Assembly (NCBI GenBank): GCA_964016885.1
Contig: OZ024745.1
Location: 8,370,001-8,434,000 of the forward strand
DNA: 64,000 nt
Direction: 5' to 3'
DNA from: Eledone cirrhosa
Taxonomy: Eukaryota
Shown here: in pieces, positions 45,696 through 59,748 of the stretch
How positions within the stretch are numbered: position 1 is the stretch's first letter
How the letters are laid out: the number at the start of each line of letters is the position of its first letter
Notes under the pieces: generated by a model
The model's database searches: none
The model's input: the letters and a program-made list of their open reading frames with translations, nothing else
Told to the model about the DNA's origin: nothing
Position numbers and translations under genes: made by a program

Positions 45696-47613
45696 GCATT
45701 ATGTTTCTTTATATTCTTCTTCAAAGTATTTTTCTAAACTGACCGTGGTCAGGTCAGTCGTTGTCTTTCTACGGCGACAGCTGCTTCGTAAGAAGGAGAA
45801 GAAGGAAACACAAGCAAACCATAGACAGCAAAGTCAATAAAATTCAAACAAAAAAATGATATGGTATGAATTAATAGAAAGTCGTTGACAACCAATCGAA
45901 TCGCTAAGATCCTTTGAAGTGTTTCGTCTCAAAGACTTTGTTTTCTCTCATCATCACAACATGAGATCATTAGCACGCCATATCAGTGGAAAATCTACTG
46001 TGGAGGTTCTACCATAATCGCCCTTTAAATCACTTGCCGGCCTGCTTGTTGTCCGATGAGAGGAGGAAATAGTGAAACCATAGAGTCGAGTCAAATAAAT
46101 AATAAGGCGTATGGATTAATCACAAACTCTCACTGAATTCTCCGTTCTTTCCTTCATTTTTATTTTTATTCTTTATTTTGTTTTATTAGGTAGAGAATAT
46201 TCCTTAGAACTAAACGACAGCCATTGCCTTCCCTTTCACCTCCTAAATTCCCCATCGGCCACTGTTATATTCCCTTTACAATGGCAGACTTCTAATTTAT
46301 GTAAATAAAGTGGTTTCTAATTGAATTTTATTGGCATAGAATGCTAGCTGTTTTCTCTTTGTTAATTCCTGTGATCTTAATGGACGAGCGCTTCTCAAAG
46401 ATATCATCGCTTTCGATTAAATTTATAATCCCAAAAAGTTCCCATTTAAAATGTATATCCTATTCTTCTCTATCATATAAACAGATGACTATTCTTTGTC
46501 AACAAACCTGCTTTTCTTTCATCTGAAAATATCGACAGCCGATGTCTTTTCTAGTAGTTTGCCTTCAAACGACAAATCATCTGTAATGTGTCTGTAGCTT
46601 GTAGAATTGAACTGAGATAAAAAGTCTTGCCTGAGACGAGAAGAAAAAGTCAATCACACATATAAAGCTGAAGCTGTTATTTGAGTCATACGGTCGTATT
46701 GGAAAATTGCTGGAGAAAGAAAATCAACTTTCACCAGTGTAGCATGTCATAGATTAGGTAGCAGACGACCAGCCAAGAAGTAGTTATTTATTTATTTGGT
46801 TATTTATTTAATCAATCTAAATATCCGTAGACAGCTAGTAAGCCATGACAGAGTAGGAGAGGTAGCTAATACTTCATACAATTAAGAAACAAAAACAAGG
46901 GAGCGACAGAGAGAAAAAGAAAAGAAAGAGAATGAAAGACTGGAAGCAAAAGAAACATAAATAAGCAAAAACTGTGAAAAACATGGAAAGCTAAAAGTTT
47001 CTATTGTTAAATCTTTTTGTAGCCTCCGTATACTGAAACATGTCTGGTAGATCGTTGACAATTTATTGCACTTCAATTTCTGGTAGCTTTTTAAAGATTA
47101 TGTTATGTTGTAAGCAGAGGCTGAACTGTAAAATTGATGGTCTTTTCGTTGGGGTCGAATTATGAATTCAATTTGTTTAGCTAAGGAAAATGACTTGAGA
47201 AAGTCTTGTAGCTTATAACTCTTAAATTGTTAACTCGTCAGAAAGGAGAATTATGTAAACATCATTCAGGAGATAACAAATTATTGTGGGGAGAGGGATT
47301 CAGATTGGAGTGCCTGTATTTATAACACTGGGGCAGAGGAGGTGAGAGAAAGAGGACAGGTAATTTATGATTGGAACCGTGATTGAATTATCTGAAAATA
47401 AAACCCGTAGTTAAATGATAGGGTCTCCGGCAGCGTCCAATTAGGATCGAACTGGCCAGTTTCGTATTTCATTAAAGAACTTGTTTGGAAAGTAACATCA
47501 GGTGGGAAATGATATTTTCTACCTAAAGAGAAGTAATTGTAATAATACTATTAACAAGAATTTTAAATTAATCTTAATAAATATGATATGGTTATTATAT
47601 AAACTCGTAATAA

Positions 47614-47718
47614 TTGTTTCTACTTTTGGCACAAGGCCAGCAATTACCCAGTACATTACTGGTACTTTATTTTATCGACCCCCGTAAGGATGAAAGGCAA
47701 AGTTAACCTCGGCGGGAT
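47614..47718 (-). mobile_element. SINE 3' half, reverse orientation
   Basis: TTTCTACTTTTGGCACAAGGCCAGCAAT..ACTGGTACTTTATTTTATCGACCCC..AAGGATGAAAGGCAAAGTTAACCTCGGCGG. Confidence 0.7.
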
Positions 47719-47816
47719 TGTAATAATGGTGTTATAGGAGAGCAGTCGTGCTACAGGGCGTATCTTGGGCATTTTAAACCTGGCGGAGCTCATCCATCTC
47801 TAAGTGTGAACACATT

Positions 47817-47884
<68 letters not shown>

Positions 47885-47890
<6 letters not shown>

Positions 47891-48008
47891 TAACAGATTA
47901 AAGTTTAAGCAAAGAATCGTTGCTTTCACCCTTAACGGGATCTTCAGAAGATCCCGTTAAGAGTGAAAGCAGCGATTCTTTGCTTAAACTTTAATCTGTT
48001 ATTTAAAT
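47885..48008. repeat. ~60-bp-arm palindrome made of the terminus of the 19.9-21.4 kb PLE, beside (TA)n
   Basis: Centre GGGATCTTC-A-GAAGATCCC at 47946. Left arm matches 19859-19919. About 3 mismatches between arms. Confidence 0.9.
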
Positions 48009-48099
48009 AAATATTTGCTCTACGGTTCTTATATATCTGATATATATTTATCCTTATCGAGCCCTCTTTGGACTTTAGTCTTCAAATTTATTATTATTA

Positions 48100-48225
<126 letters not shown>

Positions 48226-48732
48226 GTATAGCTACAATATTCTAAGCTGAGTTTACTTCCATCTCACTGTTGTGTCTGTCTATATGCGTTAAGGTGTACT
48301 TGTTTGTGTGTGTGTCTGTGTGTGTTTGTACATCAGTGTATGTGTCTGTGAGTGTGTGTGTGTACATCCGTATATGTCTAGTTGTGTGTGTGTACATCAG
48401 TGTGTGTGTTATTTCTCCATGAAACCAGTTCTGACCAATATAAAATGTTGAATGGCTTTCAAACGAAATAAATATTTTTTGCCTGATTTTTTTTTATTCA
48501 CCATTAAAACTTGTATAAATCCTACTTATTTCGTCAATAGACCCTCCCCGCCACCCCCATAGATCCTCCTCCGCAATCCCGCCACCCCATAGGCCCTCCC
48601 CCGCCACCCCATAGACCCTCCTCAGAAGAGCCGAATATCGTTAAATATTCTCTTGGACTGATTCTTCGCCGCGTTCCTACATTTTCCCCCTCTATCTAGC
48701 CGTGTGTGAATATATACATATATATACACATG

Positions 48733-48787
<55 letters not shown>

Positions 48788-48860
48788 GCGTATATATATA
48801 CCCATGTGTGTATATATATATATATATACATGGGTATATATATATGTATATATACAAATG

Positions 48861-48913
<53 letters not shown>

Positions 48914-48943
48914 CCTCAAACCTGAAAATATATATATATATAT

Positions 48944-49040
48944 AGAAGATGGCATAACATATTGTTAATATGATATCCCTGAAATATATATAATGAAATA
49001 AATATGGTTTTATAAATATAGTTTCCATTTATTTAATATC
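48944..49040 (+). mobile_element. Truncated family C terminal repeat (hammerhead core cut by a (TA)n run)
   Basis: GAAGA..AATATGATATCCCT-GAAA-TATATA-TA-ATGAAATAAATATGGTTTTATAAAT matches 57098-57194. Confidence 0.75.
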
Positions 49041-49128
49041 ATAAATATACTCCAAATACTTGTTGAGTGCTTTTATATCAGTTATAAATATTTACTCGTT
49101 GTTAACCCAACAATTTAAATATAACTTT

Positions 49129-49163
<35 letters not shown>

Positions 49164-50009
49164 CATGTGTATATATATATATATACCCATGGGTATATAT
49201 ATATATATACAGATGGGTATATATACATATATATACCCATGGGTATATACATATATATATATACATGGGTATATATATATATATACTCATGTATATATAT
49301 ATGTATATATACCCATGGGTATATATATATACACATGGGTATATATATATACATGGGTATATATATATACACATGGGTATATATATATACGTACACATGG
49401 GTATATATATATACGTACACATGGGTATATATATATATGTACACATGGGTATATATATACACCCACATACCTATATATGTGTGTGTCGGGATTTATCATA
49501 TCTCACTCTCTCTATATATGTATATATGAGTGTGTGCGTGAGTGTGTGAGTATGTGTGTATGTGTGAGAGAGAGAGAGAGTGAGTGTGTGAGTGTGTGTG
49601 TGTGAGAGAGAGTGAGTATGTGAGATAGAGAGAGTGAGTGTGTGTGTGTATACATACTTTATTGTTTGCTTTGTGTATCTGTATGCGTCAGTGTTTAAGC
49701 GGCAGTAACCCCCCACCACCCACCCCACAGTTGGAAAGATGATCCATCTAAAGCGTTATTAAACACACAACCACTATTTCATCGAAGCTTTGTTAACTCT
49801 TTTATTGTGCTCTTTTATGAGTTTTTATTGTTGTTATTTTGTCGGAGTTCCAGTGGCAGCTGTTGCTTGGAAGCTAAAACTTCCTCTCACAACTTCCTGT
49901 CATTTAAAAAACAACAAAAGCAGGAATATTGATTTCTATTTTGTCCCAAGTTCATCAGGCCGGTATCCCCTTTCTCTCTGCATCGAATAACTGAGAGTAC
50001 AACACTCTT

Positions 50010-50195
50010 CTGTGGACAAAGCACTTGTCATCACAGGTTTAACCCCCAGTTATTACTGGTACTCAGCTGAATATACTGGAGCAACATGAAACGAAATGTT
50101 CTTCTCAAGGAACACGACGCGCAACCCGATCCAGGAATGAAACCCACAACATTATGATCGCAAGTCCAACTCCCTAATCACTAGACCACGTGACT
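50010..50195 (-). mobile_element. tRNA-derived SINE of a second family, reverse orientation
   Basis: CAGGAATGAAACCCACAAC..TGATCGCAAGTCCAACTCCCTAATCACTAGACCACG reads on minus as a degenerate A/B-box head (CGTGGTCTAGTGATTAGG..GGTTTCATTCC). Confidence 0.5.
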
Positions 50196-50319
50196 TTACG
50201 TAATTTAGGAGCCAGGAGGGGGGTGCTTCAATCGACCCCCTAACTTGTAATTCACTTTATCGAATCTTCAAGGAGGAAAAGTAAACTTGACTTTGTTGGG
50301 ATATAAACTCAGGAGACCC

Positions 50320-51010
50320 ACAATAGTATTGATCTGACACTCTACCACAATAGTATTGATCTGACACCCTAGCAATATTGATCTGACAATCTACCAATAT
50401 TGATCTGACACTCTACCAATATTGATCTGACACCCTACCAATATTGATCTGACACTCCACCAGAATTGATCTGACACTCCACCACTATTCATCTGACACT
50501 CCACCAATATTGATCTGACACTCTACCAATATTGATCTGACACTCCACCAATATTGATCTGACACCCTACCAATATTGATCTGACAGCCTACCAATATTG
50601 ATCTGACACTCTACCTATATTGATCTGACACTCTACCAATATTGATCTGACACTCCACCAATATTGATCTGACACCCTACCAATATTGATCTGACACTCT
50701 ACCTATATTGATCTGACACTCTACCAATATTGATCTGACACTCCACCAATATTGATCTGACACCCTACCAATATTGATCTGACACTCTATCAATATTGAT
50801 CTGACACTCTACCAATATTGATCTGACACTCTACCTATATTGATCTGACACTCTAGCAATATTGATCTGACACTCCACCAATATTGATCTGACACTCTAC
50901 CAATATTGATCTGACACTCCACCAATATTGATCTGACACCCTACCAATACTACTAACTTACCAATATTGATCGGACTCCCTATCAGTATTGATCTAACAC
51001 CCTACCAATA
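50320..51010. repeat. 22-bp minisatellite (CCAATATTGATCTGACACTCTA)n, about 29 units
   Basis: Seen directly. Contains CAATATTG and GATC palindromes. Confidence 0.95.
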
Positions 51011-51019
51011 ATACTAACT

Positions 51020-52120
51020 TACCAATACTACTAACTTACCACCATTTCATAAAAGTATTGGAAGCCTTCAAAACCTCTACTGTGCACTATGGAATAGAAG
51101 GGTCCAACTTATAGACAACTGTAATGGCCGCCACGTGAATTAAGATGTTGTAAGGATAGCAGTGGGTGTAGCATGGGGACAATTGTATTACAGGAATAAT
51201 CTAGAGTAAGGATAGCAGTGGGTGTAGCATGGGGACAATTGTATTACAGGAATAATCTAGAGTAAGGATAGCAGTGGGTGTAGCATGGGGACAATTGTAT
51301 TACAGGAATAATCTAGAGTAAGGATAGCAGTGAGTGTAGCATGGGGACCATTGTATTACAGGAATAATCTAGAGTAAGGATAGCAGTGAGTGTAGCATGG
51401 GGACCATTGTATTACAGAAATAATCTAGAGTAAGGATAGCAGTGAGTGTAGCATGGGGACAATTGTATTACAGGAATAATCTAGAGTAAGGATAGCAGTG
51501 AGTGTAGCATGGGGACCATTGTATTACAGGAATAATCTAGAGTAAGGATAACAGTGAGTGTAGCATGGGGACCATTCTATTACAGGAATAATCTAGAGTA
51601 AGGATAACAGTGAGTGTAGCATGGGGACCATTGTATTACAGGAATAATCTAGAGTAAGGATAGCAGTGAGTGTAGTATGGGGACCATTGTATTACAGGAA
51701 TAATCTAAAGTAAGGATAGCAGTGAGTGTAGTATGGGGACCATTGTATTACAGGAATAATCTAGAGTAAGGATAGCAGTGAGTGTAGCATGGGGACCATT
51801 GTATTACAGGTATAATCTAGAGTAAGGATAGCAGTGGGTGTAGCATGGGGACCATTCTATTACGGGAATAATCTAGAGTAAGGACAGCAGTGAGTGTAGC
51901 ATGGGGACCATTCTATTACAGGAATAATCTAGAGTAAGGATAGTAGTGAGTGTAGCATGGGGAACATTGTATTACAGGAATAAACTAGAGCAGAGATTTC
52001 AGTTTCCGTCTTCCCAGTTTGAGGAAGAGAATACACGTCAAGATACCATGCAGGGCAGCATCTTGGGGCTGTCAGGTTTGCTAAGAGAACTTCATAACAA
52101 CACTATGATGTGTATGTGTC

Positions 52121-52156
<36 letters not shown>

Positions 52157-52465
52157 ATATATGAAACACGTAAAATAAGAAAATTATAAAAATTAACTTA
52201 CTTACTAAACTTTCACTCCGACTAATTAGTTTCTGAAAGGGAATAAACATGGTTTCCAAATGGAGAGCATGGAGAAGCCGTTTCGTCATCAGGAAGTCTG
52301 TTCTCAGCTAAGTTACCAGGTGATGCGTGGACACAGGGAACTTATACAAACATCATTCAGTGGATGGAAAAAAGCAAGCGTGGACTAAATTCCAAGATAT
52401 TGAAACCTATATATTTGCTAGCATAGGTATGCATCTGTATATATATGTTGGTAAATATACTAATT

Positions 52466-52520
<55 letters not shown>

Positions 52521-52805
52521 TATTACACATATACATACATATATATATTAATATTATACATACACATACGCATACTCACACTCACACGCGAGTGTGAGTG
52601 TGTGAGTGTGACAGTATGGAAGTGTTTTATGGATGTAAGATGGTGGATCCATTTAACACGGGAAACAAACATTAAGAGCTGTAAAGTTTTTCTTGTCCCT
52701 TCTTCCACTCCAGGGGGAATCAGTTTGCTGATTCCATCACAAAGACGACCACAAGATTACATCAACAACATTTATATTAACATTAACAATAACACTAGCA
52801 TAATA

Positions 52806-52901
<96 letters not shown>

Positions 52902-52903
52902 TA

Positions 52904-52975
<72 letters not shown>

Positions 52976-53004
52976 CATATATATATACATATATATATAT
53001 ATGC

Positions 53005-53038
<34 letters not shown>

Positions 53039-53116
53039 ATATATATATATGTATATATATAAATACACACATATATATGTGTGTGTGTGTGCATATATCT
53101 ATATGCATACGCATAC

Positions 53117-53130
<14 letters not shown>
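51020..53130 (+). repeat. Segmental duplication, copy 1 (copy 2 at 60924-64000)
   Basis: Unique flanks, the 56-bp array and the microsatellite order are all shared, from ACCAATACTACTAACTTACC through GCATATATCTATATGCATACG. Confidence 0.95.
51150..51989. repeat. 56-bp minisatellite, 15 copies
   Basis: GTAAGGATAGCAGTGAGTGTAGCATGGGGACCATTGTATTACAGGAATAATCTAGA; 840 bp / 56 = 15. Confidence 0.97.
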
Positions 53131-53150
<20 letters not shown>

Positions 53151-53215
53151 AACAGCAATAACGCCAATAACGTCATCCATAACATAACCGACCTGAATAA
53201 CATTAACATCAAGAA

Positions 53216-55386
53216 CTACCACTAAACACCACCACCATTACCATCACCACTACCACTACCACCACTACCACCACTACCACCACCACTACCACCACCACTA
53301 CCACCACCACCACTACCACCACTACCACCACTACCACCACCACTACCACCACCACTACCACCACCACCACTACCACTACCACTAAACACCACCACCACCA
53401 CCACTACCACCAACACTACCACCACCACCACCACTACCACCACTACCACCACTACCACCAAACACCACCACCACTACCACCATACACCGCCACCACCACC
53501 GCCACCACCACTACCACCACTACCACCACTACCACCACTACCACCACCACTACCACCACCACTACCACCACCACCACCACCACCACCACCACCACCACTA
53601 CCACCACCACCAACACCACCACCACCACCACCACCACCACCACCACCACCACCACCACCACCACCACCACCACCACTACCACTAAACACCACCACCACCA
53701 CCACCACTACCACCACCACTACCATCACCACCACTACCACCACTACCACCACCACCACCACCACCACCACCACTACCACCACCACCACCACCACTAAAAC
53801 CAAACACCACCACCACTACTACCACCACTACCACCAAACACCACCACCACTACCACCAAACACCACCACCACTACCACCACCACCACCACTACCACCAAA
53901 CACCACAACCACCACCACCACCACTACCACCACCACTACCACTACCACCACCACCACCACCACCACCACCACTACCACCACCACCAACACCACCACCACC
54001 ACCACCACCACCACCACCACCACCACCACCACCACCACCACCACCACCACTACCACTAAACACCACCACCACCACCACCACTACCACCACTACCACCACC
54101 ACCACCACTACCACCACTACCACCACCACCACCACCACCACCACCACTACCACCACCACCACCACTAAAACCAAACACCACCACCACTACTACCACCACT
54201 ACCACCGAACACCACCACCACTACCACCACCACCACCACTACCACCAAACACCACAACCACCACCACCACCACCACCACCACCACCACCGCCACCACTAC
54301 CACCAAACACCACCACCACTACGACCACCACCACCACCACCACTACCTCCAAACACCACCACCACCACTACAACCAAACACCACCACCACTACCACCACC
54401 ACCACTACCACCACTACCACCACCACTAACACCACCACTACCACCACCTCCACCACCAAACACCACCACCACTACCATCTCTACCACCACCACTACCACC
54501 ACCACCATCACCACCACCACCACCTCCACCACCACTACCACCACTACCACCGACACCACCACCACGATCACCATCACCACCACACCACCACCACCACTAC
54601 CACCACCACTACCACCACCACCACCACCACCACCACCACCACCACCACGACCACTACCACCACCAATACCACCACCACCACCATCAGCACTACCACCTCT
54701 ACCACCACTACCACCACCAACACCACCACCACCACCATCAGCACTACCACCTCTACCACCACTACCACCACCAACACCACCACCACCACCACCACCACCA
54801 CCACTACCACCACTACCACCACTACCACCATCACCACCACCACCATACCACCATCACCACCACCACCACCATACCACCAATACCACCACCACTACCATCT
54901 CTACCACCACTATTACCACCTCCACCATCACCACCACCACCACCACCACCACTACCACCGACACCACCACCACACCACCACCACCACTACCACCACCACT
55001 ACCACCACTACCACTACCACCACCATTACCACCACCACCACTATCACCCCCACCACCACTACCACTACCAACACCATCACCACTACCACCACCACTACCA
55101 CCACTACCACCACCACTACCACCACTACCACAACTACTACCACCACCTCCACCACTACCACCACTACCACCACCACCTCCATCACCACCACCACCATACC
55201 ACCACTACCACCACCACTACCATCTCTACCACCACCACCATCACCACCACCACCACCTCCACCACTACCACCACTACCACCGACACCACCACCACGATCA
55301 CCACCACCACCACACCACCACCACCACTACCACCACCACTACCACCACCACTACCACCACCACTCCCACCACCACCACCACCACCC
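53216..55386. repeat. ~2.2-kb degenerate (ACC/ACT)n trinucleotide array with internal block duplications
   Basis: Seen directly. ACTAAACACC landmarks recur at 53221, 53381, 53681 and 54055. Confidence 0.97.
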
Positions 55387-55501
55387 TAACGTCAACAACA
55401 ATAACAATAACAAAACAAAGCAAATTATTCCAAATAGATATTTTTCCATTTGAAGATTGGATTGAAGAGGCGCGGGAAAGATAGATAGAGGAAGAGAGAG
55501 A

Positions 55502-55566
<65 letters not shown>

Positions 55567-55752
55567 TGGGGAAAGTAGAAGATAATATGTGAGTGGTTGG
55601 AGAAGATGAGAGAGAAGTATTGTGAGTGACAGAGATAGAGAGAATATGGCAGAGAGCGGGGAGGGGTAGAAATATGAGTGGACAATAAATGGATAATGTG
55701 AGTTATTGAAAAGAATGTGAGAGATTAAAAGAAAAACATGTTATGAATGTGA

Positions 55753-55784
<32 letters not shown>

Positions 55785-55829
55785 ATATACGATATTAACA
55801 AATGGAAACTATATTTATAAAACCATATT

Positions 55830-55894
55830 TATTTCATTATACATATTTCAAGGACACCAAGTTAAATTATGGTGTGCTTTCATCAGATAAAATA
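55830..55894 (-). ncRNA. Type-I hammerhead ribozyme (family C, mirror copy)
   Basis: Reverse complement of 56046-56110. Confidence 0.85.
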
Positions 55895-56045
55895 TAATAT
55901 AGAGCAGTTTTATAAATAAATATTGACATACCCTTAAAGAATGCAACCATTACTATTGGAAGCTCCCTATCCGGGAGCTTCCAATAGTAATGGTTGCATT
56001 CTTTAAGGGTATGTCAATATTTATTTATAAAACTGCTCTATATTA

Positions 56046-56110
56046 TATTTTATCTGATGAAAGCACACCATAATTTAACTTGGTGTCCTTGAAATATGTA
56101 TAATGAAATA
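56046..56110 (+). ncRNA. Type-I hammerhead ribozyme (family C)
   Basis: TATTTTAT-CTGATGA-AAGCACACCA taatttaact TGGTGTCCTT-GAAA-TATGTA-TA-ATGAAATA (8-bp stem I). Confidence 0.85.
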
Positions 56111-57087
56111 AATATGGTTTTATAAATATAGTTTCCATTTGTTAATATCGTATTCTTGTTAATATCGTATTCTTGGCGTTTAATATTTTAATATATTGAT
56201 ATCTGTTCTATTCTATGCTTGTACGATAATCATGTAAGAAAGGGCAAGAATATTATTATTATTAATAATGTATATTTTATGTATATATATATGTATGTAC
56301 ACTTATGTGTATGGTAAAATCTTTTTAACGCAATGAAGAGTTCCATGTGAAATAAAAATTTACAGAGCTGATCATGTAAACTCACATGTGTCTATAATGT
56401 CAGTTTGAGATAACCTTCTCTTTTTCTTTCTCTTTTCTCTTTTTTCATGAAAATACATATATACCTATGTATTCCAGTATTTTTTTTGAGGTTTTATCTC
56501 AGATTTTGATTATAAACCTATGAATTTTTAAACTAAACATATAGTCACTATTTTTTCACACATTATTGATATGTGTCTCATTCATGAATATTGATGTTTA
56601 CAGTATAATTCATAGGAATTGATAGACTGATGAAACATATTTTAAAACTATCTTTTTTGTTTCTAAGTATATCTCCTCTCCTCCTCCCTTCTACTCTTAT
56701 ATCGGCTGTTTTAACTCTATCTCCTGTATATCACCCCTCCCCTATCTCTCCCACCTCGTATAATAGATATTACTCAATCTACCTCTCTTTATTTTGTTTT
56801 TATTTCTCCCCGTATCCTTAACACTAAATAAATAAATAAACAAATGAATAATTACAGTACCCCCTTCCCTCATAGATCTGTCATTTGGTGATTTTCTCTT
56901 TACATACATTTCTTCATCTTCTTCACCTTCCGCTCTTTCTTTTTCTTTTCTCCTTCTTTTTCTTTTTCCTTTTTTCTCCGTCTTTCTTTCTAACCGCCCT
57001 TAACATTTTCACTACCGTAAAATCTTTAAATGGAAGTTGTGAACTCTAAGGTATGTCAAATTTATTTATAAAGCTGTCTATATATTG

Positions 57088-57153
57088 TATTTTATCTGAA
57101 GAGGGCATACCATATTTTTAATATGATATCCCTGAAATATATATAATGAAATA
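57088..57153 (+). ncRNA. Type-I hammerhead ribozyme (family C variant)
   Basis: TATTTTAT-CTGAAGA-GGGCATACCATATT ttt AATATGATATCCCT-GAAA-TATATA-TA-ATGAAATA. Confidence 0.8.
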
Positions 57154-57366
57154 AATATGGTTTTATAAATGTAATTTCCATTTGTTTAATATCGTATATA
57201 TATATATATATATATATTCTTATACTTTGGGAAGGTCATGTTGCCAATAAGAAACACACGCACCTTTGCTTTCACTTCAATTTATTATAATAAATTTATA
57301 CATTTAGGAATTTATAAATTTCTGGTTGGTTGGTTGGTTCCACAACCAGATGATTGTTTATATATT

Positions 57367-57409
57367 GTCAAAGTTCTTTCATCACACATTCTGTGACCTC
57401 TTCAGTGAC
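57367..57409 (-). ncRNA. Minimal type-I hammerhead ribozyme (family B) in the sense pseudo-LTR of the PLE
   Basis: Minus strand reads GTCA-CTGAAGA-GGTCACAgaatgTGTGAT-GAAA-GAAC-TT-TGAC, about 200 nt downstream of the PLE stop codon. Confidence 0.8.
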
Positions 57410-57606
57410 TGGGGATTCTTTTCTTTGTTTTTGTGTCTCTCCTTTGTTCTGTCCTACGCCATCTTGTTTTTGTGTATTGTGTGCTTAGTTTGCGCATGTG
57501 TTACATCCGGGTGTCTGTGTGTGTTTATATTCGTTTATTTATTTGTTTATTTACATGTTACTGGTTGGTTGTTTGTTCTATGTGCGTGTGTGTTTTCATT
57601 TTGTCC

Positions 57607-59206
57607 TTAATTGTAAGTTGTGATGTTGCTGTTCCACTCATGTTTTCTATTTAATTTTGGTTGGAGTTCATTTATGTTTATTGTCTCTGTGATTTGTCTA
57701 AACATTGCGTCTTTTCTGTGTGTAGATTCTATTTTTATTTCTATGTTCTCTAATTTACCCCTATGTTCTATTTTCTGTTGGTAGAGTACAGATGATTCTT
57801 TACTATCTTGAAGGTCTCGCCAGTGTTCATTTATCCGTTCCCCTATACTACGAGCTGTCTCACCTATGTACACTATATTGTTATCTCTACATTGTCCTTC
57901 AGTACATCTTATGTTATATACTAAATTTCTAGTTTTACAGTTAATATGGGGGGTTAATTTACAGATTATACATTTCTTATCTATACAGGGAGGTCTTTGA
58001 AAAGGGTATGTATTGCTAATAAGTGTTTTTATGGAGGTACCTGGTCTTTCTACTATCTTAATATTGAGTTTATCTTTATCTAGGGCCCTTCTAAATTTGT
58101 AAGCTAATTCACCTCTAGGGGTTGTATCGATGAACATTACACTCTGGTATTTATTGCTATCATACCATGAGTTTATTCTATTAGCCTTATTCCTAGTTCT
58201 TTCTATTCTATTCCAAAATTTGCTCCTATACAAGGGGCAGGTCCCATTTGTGTCGTTATTTACCATTTTTTCCCATTTGGTTCTGGCTCCTCTATATACT
58301 CTGATTTTATTTCTCTGATTGTAACCAGAGAAATGCATACGGTGGATGAAGTGTTGTATGTGTCTCTCTAGTTCTTTGGGGTTGCACATGCGGGACACGT
58401 TTCTCATCACCCGTACCAAATCCGCAATCAGCATGTTGATTTTGGTATGGTCCGAAACAGCTGAGTTTCGGTGGATCAGGTATTTGGAAGTCATGGGTTT
58501 GGCATAATGGGAATGGAGGATTTGTTTTTTTGTTATTGATGGTATCTAACCCGAGCTCTGTGTCTAGTACAGGTAATCGATGGTTGGGGTGTTTGCTTGG
58601 GTAGTCTATAGTAACTCTAATACTCTGGTGGATGGAGTTAGCTATTTGCTGGATGCTTTCCATTGTGTTTTTCTCTAACTCCTGACTGTTCTCTAGTGGG
58701 GGTGTTTTAACTACGATGTTTATATCATCAACGTAGCGGGAGTATATTATCAGGGTTAAGGGGTCTTCTAATTGTTCTTTAAGTTTAAGTTTAAGTCTAC
58801 TGTCCCACCATACCCTGAATAGGTTAGCTATGTCGCCTGCAATGCTAACACCGATGGCTGCTCTCTCCTCTTGGGCATATGTTTTTCCATTAAATTTGAA
58901 CATATGTTCCTTAAGGGTTAATTTTATGCTGGCCCCCACCGCATGTGCAATCATTTTCTTTAGTTCATCGTGGTTTTCGGGGGTCCGTATGGCTCTGGTC
59001 CACCCGTTCCATCTATCTGTGTGGGTTTTCTTGGCCATTGAGGTGATGGTAGGTGGTCTGCCTCTTGCTGGTCTTGTAGGGCACAGGTTGTTAAGGCCAT
59101 ATGTATCTAGATAATTATTACTATAGGTAAGTTTAAGTTGGAGTCCCAGCTCACTGGTATCAATCCCACGGAATTCAACGAAGCCCATACAACGCTGGCA
59201 CGTCAT
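57607..59206 (-). pseudogene. PLE reverse transcriptase/GIY-YIG polyprotein, frameshifted and 5'-truncated
   Basis: Track ORFs 58307-59206 and 57607-58494. Confidence 0.9.
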
Positions 59207-59282
59207 TGTTCCAGGCCTGGTAATTCAACAAATATATATATATATATTTGTTGAATTACCAACAAAGTGAATATCCCTTCTG

Positions 59283-59318
<36 letters not shown>

Positions 59319-59748
59319 CAGAAGGGATTAGTCACAGATTTGAATTTGATGTGTAAACACAGATAGTTAAGTCTTCTTCCTTGTTGAAAATCCAGGATTT
59401 GGCTACTGTCGTTTACCAGTCGATTAATTGGTGAAATATATTTCTTTAATGAAATATATACAAGGAACATTAATCAATTTAAAAGGTATCTATTTTTGAA
59501 GTTCTAGTTAAACTTTAATTAGTTACCCACATAGCTGTGTGTGCTTACACACTTTTACAGATTATCCTGTGATTGTTTCATATGTTTATTTTAGATATAT
59601 ATATATGTCAATCAATTTCTAGTTGATATAAAATGCTCGGATCTATTCACTGGAATCTTGGAGCATATTTTACTGTGGATATGGCGCATGTCTCTCTGAC
59701 ATGACACTCTTAATTTAATTTAAATTTTGTATATATATATAGAGAGAG

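Larger units (their letters stand above)
55787..57195 (+). mobile_element. ORF-less PLE/retrozyme-like unit (family C): inverted terminal repeat plus two direct hammerhead-bearing repeats, flanked by (TA)n
   Basis: Palindrome 55787-55967 / 55973-56153 (loop TATCC). The repeat at ~56005-56152 recurs, diverged, at ~57048-57195. No coding capacity between. Confidence 0.75.
57218..59232 (-). mobile_element. 5'-truncated Penelope-like element (RT + C-terminal GIY-YIG + 3' pseudo-LTR with hammerhead), flanked by (TA)n
   Basis: RT motifs FKFNGKTYAQ..AIGVSIAGDIANLF, YSRYVDDI and LPVLD. Endonuclease C..CIIC..C..NLVYNIRC..VYIGETARSIGERINEH..ITE..LNRKHEW. One frameshift near the T-run at ~58525. Confidence 0.92.

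Noticed and set aside
52240-52300. Hammerhead-like CTGATGA-C-GAAA on the minus strand (also 62230-62280)
   Set aside because: No stem II before the adjacent GAAA, and stem I does not pair using the alternative downstream GAAA. At best a decayed relic.
53222-55197. Poly-Gly, poly-Val or Pro/Thr/His-rich ORFs resembling structural proteins
   Set aside because: Degenerate (ACC)n array with frequent frame-breaking indels and stops.
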